A stretch of 62,962 nt of DNA from an uncultured Planctomycetales bacterium (GTDB taxonomy: Bacteria; Omnitrophota; Gorgyraeia; Zapsychrales; Aceulaceae): assembly GCA_964648665.1 (NCBI GenBank), contig CAZYOA010000010.1:1-62962 (forward strand). Direction: 5' to 3'. The notes below the pieces were generated by a model that ran no database searches, had not been told where the DNA came from, and saw only the letters and a program-made list of their open reading frames with translations. How positions within the stretch are numbered: the first letter of the stretch is position 1; every line of letters starts with the position of its first letter. The position numbers and the translations under genes were made by a program. Below, one piece after another: positions 1-12,000 of the stretch.

Positions 1-1
1 G

Positions 2-3000
2 TCAGCTGTTGAACCTACTAAACAAGAAGCTCCTGAAGAAACTGTTGCTGAAGAAATTAAAGAGTCAGATGTCAAACCTGCCAAGCAAGATGCTCCTGAA
101 GAAACTGCTGCTGGAGTTGCCCAAATTGACATCGCAGTTGTTCAAACGGCAGCTGATGATTTCAAGACTAGAGCTGATAAGTGGGAAGAAGGTGCTCATG
201 ATGGCGATGGTATAAGTGCAGATTTAGTAGAGCTTGCAAATATGCTGAAGGATGTGGTAAATACAGAAAACGGAAAGGGACAAAAGATAGCATCTTCTAT
301 TCTTGGTAGTTTTCTTGAAAGAATGAAGAAAGAGTTGTCGTTAACAAAAGAGACAATTCAGCCACAAGCTTTAGTTGTTCAAGATAAAGAAGAAATAGTT
401 CAATCTGGCAAGCCAAAAGAGAGTAACGGTGTTAAGAAGAAGAAAGCTGATCCTAAAAAAACTAATCTTAAAAAATCTGATCCTGAAGAAGTCATACCAG
501 CAAATATGCGCATTTCTTTTCTTGAGTCAGATAATAAAATCGTTGAGATGTTTGTCTTGTTTAAAAAACAGGCAATTAAGAATTATCAAATATATATAAC
601 GAGGACGCAGCAACATAATGAGTTAGAGAAAAGCGTGCAAGTTCAGATTCTAGCATTTAAAAAAGTTATTGAGAACGCAAAGAATGAAATGAAAAAAAGT
701 ATTGAGAAAATTGGGTCTGACAATCAAGCTTTCTCGAAAGATTTAGAGAGAATACAAGAGCTGATTGCCTTGCTAGATGATGGTCTTCAAGAACAAATAG
801 AGAGAAGCCAGCAGCTTAAAAAGCAGGCTCAAGAGTATAGACAAGAAGCTGTTGAAGCGTATCAGGCGTATTTTCTTCAGCTTAACGAGCTTTATGAAAA
901 AGTTCAAGAAGCTCAAGGAAAAGAAAAAGAGGGGCAAGCGCGTGTTGAGGATCTGTTGAGAAGAATTGCACAAGTAGAACAAAGAATTGAAAACCTTAAG
1001 AGTAAAGAAGAGAGCTTGGAAAGTGAAGTCTTTGATAGCTCTTTTCAAGTTGATGAAGATGCATCTTGGATTGCAGCATTCTTAGACTATCAGCAAATGG
1101 GTGACGCTTTATCAAAAGAACTTCAACAAAAAATTGATAGCGCAAAACAAAAAGTAGAAAAGAATAACCCTGAGCAAAAAGAAAAAGAGCGAAAAGAGCT
1201 AAGAAAAATGATTGATGCTCTTATTGAGAGCTTTAAAGGATATTTAGAAGCATTAAAAACATCTTGGCAGAATGTGATTGCACAGCAGGAAGTTATAGGA
1301 ACAGCTGAAGCCGATATCCTAATGACAGGAAGAAACAAAACAAAGGTAATTAAAGAAAAAGCAAAGCTAGAAAGACAACTTGTTACGGAAGAAAATCGTC
1401 TTTTGGCTCTTGTGTCACAGCGGGAATCGAACGAGATACAAATGAATAAATCTTCTGATGATGTATCTGCAAAGCTTGCCACCGTTGATAATATAAAGAA
1501 AAAAATAAAGCAGCTGGGAATCAAAATTTTGAGAGTACAAAAACTTTTGGTAGACGAAGAAGATCAAGAAAAAGTCATTCAGCAAGAAATAAATCAAAGA
1601 AGCCAAAATGTTAAGAATTTAGAAAAACAAATAGAGATTATAGAGAAGAAAATTAAAGATCTTCAGCAAAAAATTGATGCGTCGATCGGTAAAATTAAAT
1701 GCCAAGGAGTAAAAGCTGATAAATTCTTTGCTATAGAGGAAAGCGCAAGAGAGGAAGTAGAAGAAGCTAAGGAGGCGCTAGAGGAAGACTCGCTTAATGG
1801 TTCTTTGCCAGAATCTGATTTGCAGTTGGTTATTATTCAGAATCAAGACAAAAAAGAAGAGTTGCAAGATTTAGCGGATCAACTGGAGGCTAACTTAAGG
1901 CTTTTGATGAATGAGGTCAATCTTTCTAATTTATCAGAACGTATCGATAAGATCAAAAAAGCATTAAAAGATATGAGGATTAAAATAAAGGAATATATTG
2001 AAAGCGAAAAATCAAATCAACAAACAATGAATATGCTTGTAAAGTCAAAACTTACGGTTATTAGCGACATTATCGAGATATCTCCTCGGCATGCTCTTTT
2101 AAAAGATTTGATAGAAAAAAACAAGGTTGAGATTGAAAAACTTATTTCGGAAATCAAACAGAAAAGAAAATTAAAGAAAGAGCAAGAAGCAAGACGCGAA
2201 CAGCTGGAAAAGAAAATTCGAGAGCAAACAACTGCTATGCAACACGCAAAAAATCAAAAAGAAATTCATCAAAAGACGATTAAAAGAGAGCAAATTTTTC
2301 TTAAAATTGATCAAGAGCAGATGGTTAAGCTGGGTAATTTCTTTGATTCTTTAAAAAGTCAGCTTGATCAAATTCTTAAATCTGCTGAGAGTATTCAAGG
2401 AGAGGTTTTGCTGAGTCGTCGTGTATTAAAGGTTTTAAAGTCTGCAAAGGAGAGGCGTGTTAAGAATTTACCTAAAATAAGAGAAGAATATCTTGAGCTA
2501 AATGCGGATTATCAGGATCTTGAGATGAATGAGAAAAAACTATTTCGACAGATCGAACAGCTAAAAAAGAAAATTATTGGTATTGAAAAGCAAAAACAAA
2601 TTCTTGAAGAACGGGAAGCTCAATTTGATATAACGCTTAAATATAATTTAGAAAAGATAACTGAGGCAGAAAAGGCAGAGCGTCGTTCTTCTAAGGAAAT
2701 AGAAGCTCTTAATATAAATTTAGAAGAATCGGGAAGAAAGATAGAAGCTGGGTGGATATTATCAAAAGAATCTTCCGAGCAAACAGGATTGGCACAAGGG
2801 AGCCAAGATGCTTCATTGCAAATTCTTGAAAGTTTTTCAAGGATCTATGCTCAAATTAGAAAAAGATTGAATGCTCTTGAGACCGAATTTGGAAGGCATC
2901 AAATAGGAACAGGAAAGAAGAAAAAAGATGATCTTAATCTAGCATCTGCTTTGAAGGAAGTTTCTAAAAAATTAGCAGAGAATCAAGAAACTCTTTCTCA

Positions 3001-6000
3001 AGAAAATTTATTTTATGGTCAGGCATCTAAAGATTTACAAGATGCAGGGCAAAAAGCAAGAGATTGGGAAAAAGTTTTAAATGGTATTCAGGGGTATTCA
3101 GTACAAGGCCAGGAAGCTTTACGAGATATTCCAGAATTGCTTGAGAAGCGAAGAGCTTCTTCTTCGCAAAAGAATACCGCTGCTCAAAAGCAAGCTGATT
3201 TTCTTTTAAGAACTTTGCGTGATTGTTTTGAGAACCACTCTCTTTTTATCAACACCTGGAAAGCTGTTAAAGAAAAAAGGGATGAGTATCTAGGCCAAAA
3301 GGCAAAGTTAGAGGTTTTATTGAATGAGGCAAAAAGAGTCTATCGCGAAATAAAAGCAGACACACTTAGCAAAGATTTACCTTCAAAGATAAAAAAGATA
3401 CAGCAACTTATTAATTCTGTTGATTTCAAATTGTCTGAGAAATCAAAAGAAGTAGAGCAGTTGAGAAAGCTTGCTCAAGGATATAAAATGAAATCTCAGA
3501 CATTGTATATTCAGTATCGAAATAAAGCTAAAGAGTTTGAGAATAAATATCAGGCGGCTAAAACGACAGGAGATAAGGCTCAAGCGGAAATTGATGAAAA
3601 GCAGCAGAAAGAATCAACATGGCAAGAAAATCTTAAAACATTAAGAAGCAGGATAAAAGAAATTGAGAAATCGCTAAGATTTAATGCGAGCACTCAAGAA
3701 GCACAAGAAATTATTATTAAGAATGTTGATGAAATAATTGCACAGATTAAGGCCGACATTCAAGCTTTTGAAAAAGAAGAAAAAGATTTTAAGAAAATTC
3801 TAAAAGAAACTAATCTACAGCTTGAGAAAGCCCAAGCCGTTGTTAAAAATACAGCAGCAGAAATTCAGAAACAGGAAGATGTAACAAAGAATGCAGGCAT
3901 GAAGAAAAGAGGGGCAGTTGAGTCTATGATACAAAAAGATCATGCTATTGATTGGAATGCATCTGATAAAGAAGAAATGATGGGAGAAGAGAGCGTTTTA
4001 ATTTCAGAAAAAGAAAAAGCTGAGAAAAGTTTTAAACAAGCAAAGCAAGAATTGTTGTCTTTAGGTGAAAGCATTCCACTCGTTTTAAGTCAGATAAACA
4101 AGAGATTTCCTGATGGAGCAGTAATAATGCGTCAATTGTATAAATTTGTTAATCCTCGGGCAATGGCAGAAAGAATTTTTAGCATTCAAAAGAAATTACT
4201 TGAAGAATTAGAAAATCGACGAGTGCTTCATCAGCTTAAATTTGATAATTTTAAAGAAGAAAAAGAAAAGCTTAGCGAAAAAGTCACGCGCTGGCGCTAT
4301 TTTGTGCGCCTAACTAAACAGCGTTTAAAAAGGGCTTGGCAGAATAAAGAAAAGACTCAAGATCAGCAATCAGAAGTAAGGCGAACGCAACAAAGGGCCA
4401 CCGATCAAATCGAAACAATAAAATCCAGACAGATGTCTCTTGCCCGGGTTATTGGTTCACTTAAAAAGCAGAGAGATAATATTGCTACAATGAAAGGTCT
4501 TGTAGAGTCCGAATTAAGAATACTAACAGATGAAATAGCAGCAATCGTTGCGGAGATTAAGAATTATCAGAAAACTCTTAAAGAAGCGGACGATATTGTA
4601 AAGAAAAATAAGCCTGAGATTGATAAACTTCAGAAAGAAGAAGAGACTTTATTGATACAGATAGACGCGATTGAGAAAAGCATGGAAAGATTACACGAGG
4701 GAACAGCAAAAGCAAACGGAAAAGCGTTCTCTGGTAATAATTTCAAGCAAGAGATAGGCGATGAAATTAAAAATAAAAATGGGTTTGATAGTCAATCCGA
4801 AGATTTAAAGCAGAAGAAAGTTGAGCTAATGAGTGTTCAGCAGGCTTTGGAGAAACTGCAAAAAGATTTCTCTTATGCGGAAAACAGATCTTTCTCATTT
4901 AAGCTGAGACTGGCTTTAAAGCTAGCCCGCCAATTTACTTTGGAGCCTAAAATTGAAACTTTGCAGTTCGAACTAGAAGAATCTCGAAAACAGGGAGAAT
5001 ATATCCAGAAAAGCTTAAATAAGCAAATAGATTTGCTGGGACAATGCGATCAAGAACTTATTCAAGAGCAAAAGAATCTTAAAGAAGCCGAGAGAGAAGA
5101 GAGTAAGCTAGAAGATAGCATGACTGCTCAGAAGAACGCATTAAAAATATATCAAGTTCGATTAGAGAATTCTTTAGAGAACTTGGAAGAAGAAGAAAAG
5201 AAGAAACAAGATATTGGAGACTTCCTAGCTTATCATCGAGCGGAGTTAGACAAAATTACAAAGGAGAAGGCTGCGGCTACAAAAGTTTTTGATTCGGCAG
5301 AAAAACAAAAGAATGCGCTGGCAGAAAAACAGGGTTCTTATAAGCAATATGAAGAGTGGAAAAGAGAAATGGATGATCTTTATGCGCGCTATGCAAAACT
5401 GAAAGGCAAGGAAGCGGATGCTTCTCTTATGTTAGAACAAGGCAAGGCAGGCGAGGTTCTTTTATGGGAGGCTGAAATATATATATATCGAGCAATAGAA
5501 AAGAAACGACAAAAGTTGCAAGCTATTGAAGAAGAAGAAAATAAAGAGCTTGAGAGTTTATCTGGTTTGAGAGAGGAATTTGAAGAAAACGAAATGAAGC
5601 TGAAAGCTGTTCGTTCTAAATATAAGGAATGGCAGCAGAAAGCGGAAGGATTCTCTCAAGGGATAGAGGATGCTAAGGTGGCATTAGAAAAGAATGCAAG
5701 AGAGCGCCAGAAACTTCAAGAGTTTTATGACGAAGCAGCAAAGCAGAAAATCGAGGCTGAAAGAATTCTAAGAGAGAAGCAGGGTGAGGATGTACCACTA
5801 AGCAAAGAAAAAGAAGAGGCTAAAAAAGCGTCTGAGAAAATAGAAATAACAATTGAGAAGCTTTTTATTGGTATTGATAAAATAAAGCAAAGACAGCTAA
5901 ATGCGCAGAAAAGAACAGAAATGTATGAGGATAGTCTTGCAGAGGTTCAGAAGGAATATCTTCCTCGAGTATCTTCTTGGCGAGAAATTGAACAGTGGAT

Positions 6001-6050
6001 AGTCGAAAGTGCGAAAGGCGAGGACGATGCTGAACTTCAAGGCCTAAAAA
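2..6050 (+). other. N-terminal coiled-coil region of the giant protein (~2,000 aa)
   Basis: E/K/Q/L/A-rich sequence, almost no Pro, continuous heptad-like pattern. It ends at SSAVARSASSS and is followed by a hydrophobic helix (LWAIGLGVAGGIGVIGVIVFGWFLI, ~6150-6230). Confidence 0.85.
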
Positions 6051-9000
6051 AAATCTCTTCTGCGGTTGCTCGATCTGCAAGCTCAAGTGTTGTTTTAAGC
6101 CAGCTTGGGTCGGAATTCTCTGCAATATTGTGTCTCAATGTTTTTTCTTCGTCTCTTTGGGCAATAGGCCTAGGGGTTGCTGGAGGTATTGGCGTCATCG
6201 GTGTCATTGTTTTTGGGTGGTTTTTGATAAAGCGTCATATGGTGTTGCATCTAAATGTTCCATCTTCTTCTCCAGAGGTTGAGAATTATTTGTTGAAAGA
6301 ATTTGATGAGCTGGATAAATCATTATTAAGTAAAAGAAAAAGATTTTCTTATTTTCTAAACAAAAGACTGCTCGTGTCCATTATTCGTGCTTATAGCAAA
6401 AGAATAAGAAATGATTTCTCAGAGGATCAAGGTGATCTGGAAGAACGTTTTATTTCTAAGGATGATGAAATAAGTCCTCTTATTAATCGAATAGCTGAGG
6501 TATTGGGTGTTCAAAAGATTAAAGAGGAAGACATGAAGTTGTTCGAAAAATTCACTAAAAAACCAGAAATAAATCTTAATACTCTTCTAAAACCACTAGA
6601 TTGTCATACGGTGTCAATGCTTGGACGATTTGACTTAGCACTTTTAAGAGCGATTAATTTTGATTCTTCTGAAAATCGCTCAGAGGCTTTAATACAGTTT
6701 AGAAAGAATCAACGTTTAAGCATACGGCAAGCGGCTCAAAGATCTGTTATTTCAAAGAAGGAATACGAAGAGATAGAACGTTCAGGAGTTATTTCATCTA
6801 AGAAAGGAAAAGAGGTTTCAGGCGATGAACAGGTGGCAGAAGAATTATTCTTTGAGCCGGAACCGAAAAAAGTTTCAGAGGGTCAAGGTCAGCTTATTAG
6901 CTATTTGACTTTAAGCATAGCTAAAGCTGAAAAAGGAGTTACCAACGCTTTTAGAAGAAAGATTGCAGAGTGCATCGAGGCGTTAACTTCTTTTGCTAAA
7001 AAGAATAATTTGATTATTAATTTTGATATTAATAAAACTTTGAAAACGATTCTTCCGATTGCTGTTCATCAGGTAGCAAAGCGGATTTCTCCTAATCCAG
7101 AAAAAACTTTAAAGGTTGTTCTTAATCATTTGCCTGAAAATGGTGCTATTGCTTTTGAAGTGGATGGGCCTTATTTGACATCGACGGGATGTGTTATTTT
7201 TCAGCTCAAGGAAGCAAGAAGTCGCACTAAAAAAGATAAGTTAATGAGGTTAAGGGCAGCGGCACGGAATGAAATCGATCAGCGAGAGGAATATTTAAAA
7301 CTTGAGGTTCTTCTTGGTCTTTTCCCTGAGGCTAATCTTGCTGTTTTGAAAGCGGTATTGAATGAAATCGATCAGAGAGAGGAATCTCTAAAGGCTGATG
7401 TTCTTCTTGGTCTTTTCCCTGAGGCTGATCTTGCTGTTTTGAAAACGGCATTAACGAAAATTAAAAAGATTAAACAGAGAGCGAATGGCCAGAAAAGTGG
7501 AGTTGTTCATCGCAATGAAGTTGTGGTGGCTGACGTTTCTCATTTGACAGAAGCACAAGCGCAGAAGCTATATAAATTAATTGAAGATTTAAGGAATCGA
7601 AAGGGTTTTAGTTTCGCTTTCGAAGGTTCTTTTACGGTTGCATTTCAGAGCAACATTTTGGAAGTGGCAATTCTTAGAGATAAGAAATGGCAACAGATAG
7701 AAAGATACGAGTTTAAAAGTTCATCAGCGATTGTCTCGCCGGTTGCACCTGCTTCGAGTGCTCCTGTTTCCATGCCAATTCAACATAATTCCTTTGTTAT
7801 GCCGACTGTACCGCTTGCATCACCTTTGATATCTAGCGCGATATTCTTGCTTAGTCAGAATGGATCAGGTCATCAAGCAGGTAAAGCAAGAGGTGAGTCA
7901 TCAGGTCTTGGTATTCTTTCTGATTTATCTTTTATGGCTTGGATTTCTAAGAAGCAAAGCGCTCCAAATGTTTCTTCTTCATATATATTGACTTCACAGT
8001 CGCTATCAAGAAAATCAACTTCCTTAGACGGAACGATTTCGATAGCGACTTTTTTATTTAAATATCTTGCCGGTTTTCGCTCACTCTTTCTACCGTGGCT
8101 GGGAGAAGATTTCGATGCCGGCATTTCTTTATCAGTGGCGAGTTCAATACTTAATCTTTCTACAAGAGCTTCATCTGTAGCGGTTCTTCTAAGTATTGAG
8201 ATTTTGTCATACGGGAGCAAGAAGCTTACTTATTTTTCTCATTCCAACATACCGTTTCCTAGCGAACTAGCGAGAGGGGAAGTATATTTTATTCCTGAAG
8301 CTGAGGTTTTCTTGGCGAGCAAGATAGTTTGTAATTCAAAGATGACTCGTCATCATGGCCCTTTTCTTTTTGTGCACGGAAAAGGAAAATTTGGTCAGCT
8401 TTGCCTGGAAGGAACGGATGTTCCAGTTTCCGAATATCTATTTCTTCTTCAGAGGGAATTTCAGGTAAGCCAGATAGTCGTTCTTTGCTGTAACGAGGGA
8501 AATAATAATATAGATGTTCCTGAGGGGATGACAATTATATATCCTACGAGCGATGTTAGCGACTTAAGCAGGGCTCTTGATATGGATTCTTTGACAGGTA
8601 CTAATGATTTAGAAATGTTTTTTCAGGCGCATTTTTCTGAAATGTCTACGAGTGAGTTTCAAGGAATTCAGAATTTTTATCAAGCAGATTCATGGATATC
8701 AAAATCTGGTTCAAGTTCTTTAAGAAAGACTTTAGCGGCCTCTTTCTCACCTATCAATACTTTTGATCGCAACAAAAGATCTTTTTCAAATCACGCGATA
8801 AATCGAAGAAAATTTATTAAGATGAGTGCTGGTGGTGCAGGAGCACTTGGTTTCTTCGCAGCGTTTGGATTTATTCCTAAAGAAGGTAAAGCGCAAGCCG
8901 AGGTTGCTGATGGCGCAACAACTTTAAACAAATTACGAGAATGGAAAATCCTTTTTGTTACGGGTGACAAAGATGATTTTGGTGAAGCTAACAGTTTATT

Positions 9001-12000
9001 TGTTATGAGCGCAGATGGTTCAGATAAGAAAATTCTGCTAGAAGGCGATGATGTTTGGGTTGATTCAGCATCTTGGTCTCCTGATGGGCAGATGATTGCA
9101 TGCATCAATGGTGGAGATTTGATTATTTTTAATCGAGATGGAAACGTTTTGATTGAATCTGTTAAAGAATATGAACATCAGCAGTTATTTATAGAAAGTT
9201 TTTCTTGGAATCCTGACGGCAAATCGATATTTTATGCACAAGATGGCGTTGGAATCTTTGAGTTTACGATTGAAATAAGCAAAACGATTCAAGTCTTAAG
9301 GACAAGTAGGCAGGCTGTTGATCATTACCCTATTTTATCTTCTGATGGAATGGATTTAGTTTTTATTCATAATGAATTTGCTACAAATTTTTATATTAAT
9401 TGTATTAGGCCATATGGTTCTTATGAGAGCTTAAATGAAGATGAATATATGGAAAATCATTTTAATAAAAAAAATCAGAACCATTTTATAAATGAAAATA
9501 TAGATGTTCTGTTTCGGGGGAAGTCTTGGGGCTGGAATGTCGATCATTTTATTCAATGGGTTCCAAATAGCGATAAGATTATTTTTTCTGACAGAGGGGG
9601 AATTCAGAAAGTTTATGCTCTTGATTCTTGGACAAAAGAGTCGGAAGAGATTTTTAGTTCAGAGTCAATGCGCTATATGCGGCTTTCGCCTAACGGGAAG
9701 ACCTTGGCTTATATTGAAGATGCCCCGAAAGAAATTGTTGTTTGGGCTATCGAGGTTAATGGGAAAAATAAGCGCAAGATGAGTGCGTTTCCAACTAACG
9801 AATGGCTAAGCGGAATGAAAGTATTAAGCTGGTCTCCTGATAGCGAGTATCTCGGTGTCGCGGTAAACACAAATACATATATTTTAAATAAAGATGGTGA
9901 AATTGTTCATCTGATTAATCATAAAGTTGATTCTATAAAACATCTAGATTGGTCACCGAAGAAATCGTCTTCATCGCTTTTTCTTGCAATTCTAGATTTC
10001 GGAAATTCTTCTCAAGCTGATATCTTTGGTTATTCTATTATTGCTCTTCTTGTTGCTTGGGGTGTTTTTTATATTTACCCAATGCTTTTTGGATCGTCAA
10101 TTAATTATCAAGATCTTGATTGGAATGATTTTTCTATTAAAAAGAAGAAAAAGGGCATTAAAGCGTTTGAGAGATTTATTAAGAATGTTCAAGATCCAAA
10201 TAGTTCTGAAACTTTTGTTCTTGCTCGAGATGTTGAAACCGCTATGGAATGCATTAATAGTCGAGTTGGGCTTATCGATCAATATGGTATAAATTTTGCA
10301 GCTTTATATAAAGAGTTGCTTGAAGAGTTTAACGGCAGACAAAATTTTTATGAGTTTGAAGTTTTAGCATTCGCGAAAGAGCTTTTAGAAAGAAAAGAAA
10401 AAGAACTTATTTCCGAAAAGCTTAAAGTTAAAACGAACAAAAGATCTTCTTCGAATCTTTCTGTAAAATTCAATTACACAAAAAGTGAAGAGCTTTCTTC
10501 CCCAGCAGTATCTGCTTCAAAGGCTTCGTCTGCGGCTAAGCAAAATAAAAATAAGAACACTTTTCTCTATCATTGCTTTTTTGACATTTTAGGTATGCCA
10601 AGGTATTTCCCTGAGAATCAGGAGCCACATAATATTATAGATTATATGAATTATACCGTTCAGGCCTTGTGTACGACGAAGAAGTTTAAGGATAACGTTA
10701 CTAAAATTCTTGATTTATTAAAGAAAGCTTCAGGAGAATCATTGGATTATCTTGAAACTGTGGCCAAGGATATTTATGCACCTTTAGCTAATCGTGTTGG
10801 TTTTTTAGAAATCGCTGGAGAGCTTGTAGATGCTGTTTTTAAAGCTCGTTTTCCAGAGCAATGGGCGACGGCTGAAAATGAGATTCTTCGGGCTTTAGGA
10901 GGGATGACACGCGGCCAAGCAAATCGTTATCTTTTAGGAGTTAGCGCAAAAATTAAATCTAAGCTAGAGGACACAGGTATTGAAGTTGAAGCAATTTATT
11001 TGAGAGTTAAGGGGGCGAGTGCTGCTTTTGAAAAAGTCAAAAACAAGAGGGGCGACAAGACTTCGTATGCAAAGATTGGAACATTGCAAGATTTGCTTGG
11101 CCTTCATATTGTTTTAAAAAATAATGATGATTATTGGAAAGCTGTTGGGCTTTTAGCAGGCTGGGACAGTATTTTTGCCTCATATCAAGATCTAGGAGGA
11201 GAGCTAGATGAGGAACAAACGGAACAAAAAAGTCGTTTTAAAAAGGATAAATATGATGCACAACATTTTGGCATTAATATTCCTGTGCCTTCAAAGGTTA
11301 ACGGTGAGACAGCGTTTGTCATGATGGAGATAAAACTTTTTGATCCTGATAAATATATGTATTTTCGATACAGCCAAGAAGTTGCTTCGTGGATTTATGA
11401 GTTAAAAAGACGCTATCCGAATCAAGAATTTTCCTTAGGTGGATTAACCACCATGTCAAGTGATCCAGAGACAACCTTTGAGGATCTTTATTCTTATCTT
11501 CAGAATTGGACTTATTTCTTCTTTGTTCAGGACAATGATTTTGACGAGTGCTGCACTCTAAAACCTGTAGGACTTAAAGCAGGCGTTATTATGGCGGATG
11601 TTTTGAGTTTACCTGGAGTCGATAAGTTCTTGGCTCGTACGCAGACTAACGCTAAATTGCTGGAAGGGATGAACAGCCGTGATCATGCATTGGTTTATGG
11701 CTTTAGCTTTGGAACAACGAGTCAAAGAAAGAAGGAGCCAGCAGTCAAGAGATCTGGTAAGACTGTCATCGAAAAACTTAAGGAGGGTGATTTTATTCTG
11801 GTTGATTCAACAAAAAGGGCAAAGCTTACTGTTCAAGAAAAAGAGAAAATAATGAGCGAAGCAGGACGGTTGATGACTCTTCTGAGGCTTCAGCTTAAGC
11901 CTGGAGATTTTTATAATATGTCCTTGGAGGATGAAAACGCGAGAAAGATATCGTCCCGTGGCACAAAAAAGTTAATCTTGGCAGACTCGACCGGAGGAGT

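Noticed and set aside
9-215. 68-aa Leu/Lys-rich ORF before the giant gene
   Set aside because: It is an off-frame reading of the giant ORF's upstream extension; the frame from base 2 is open and reads as natural protein.
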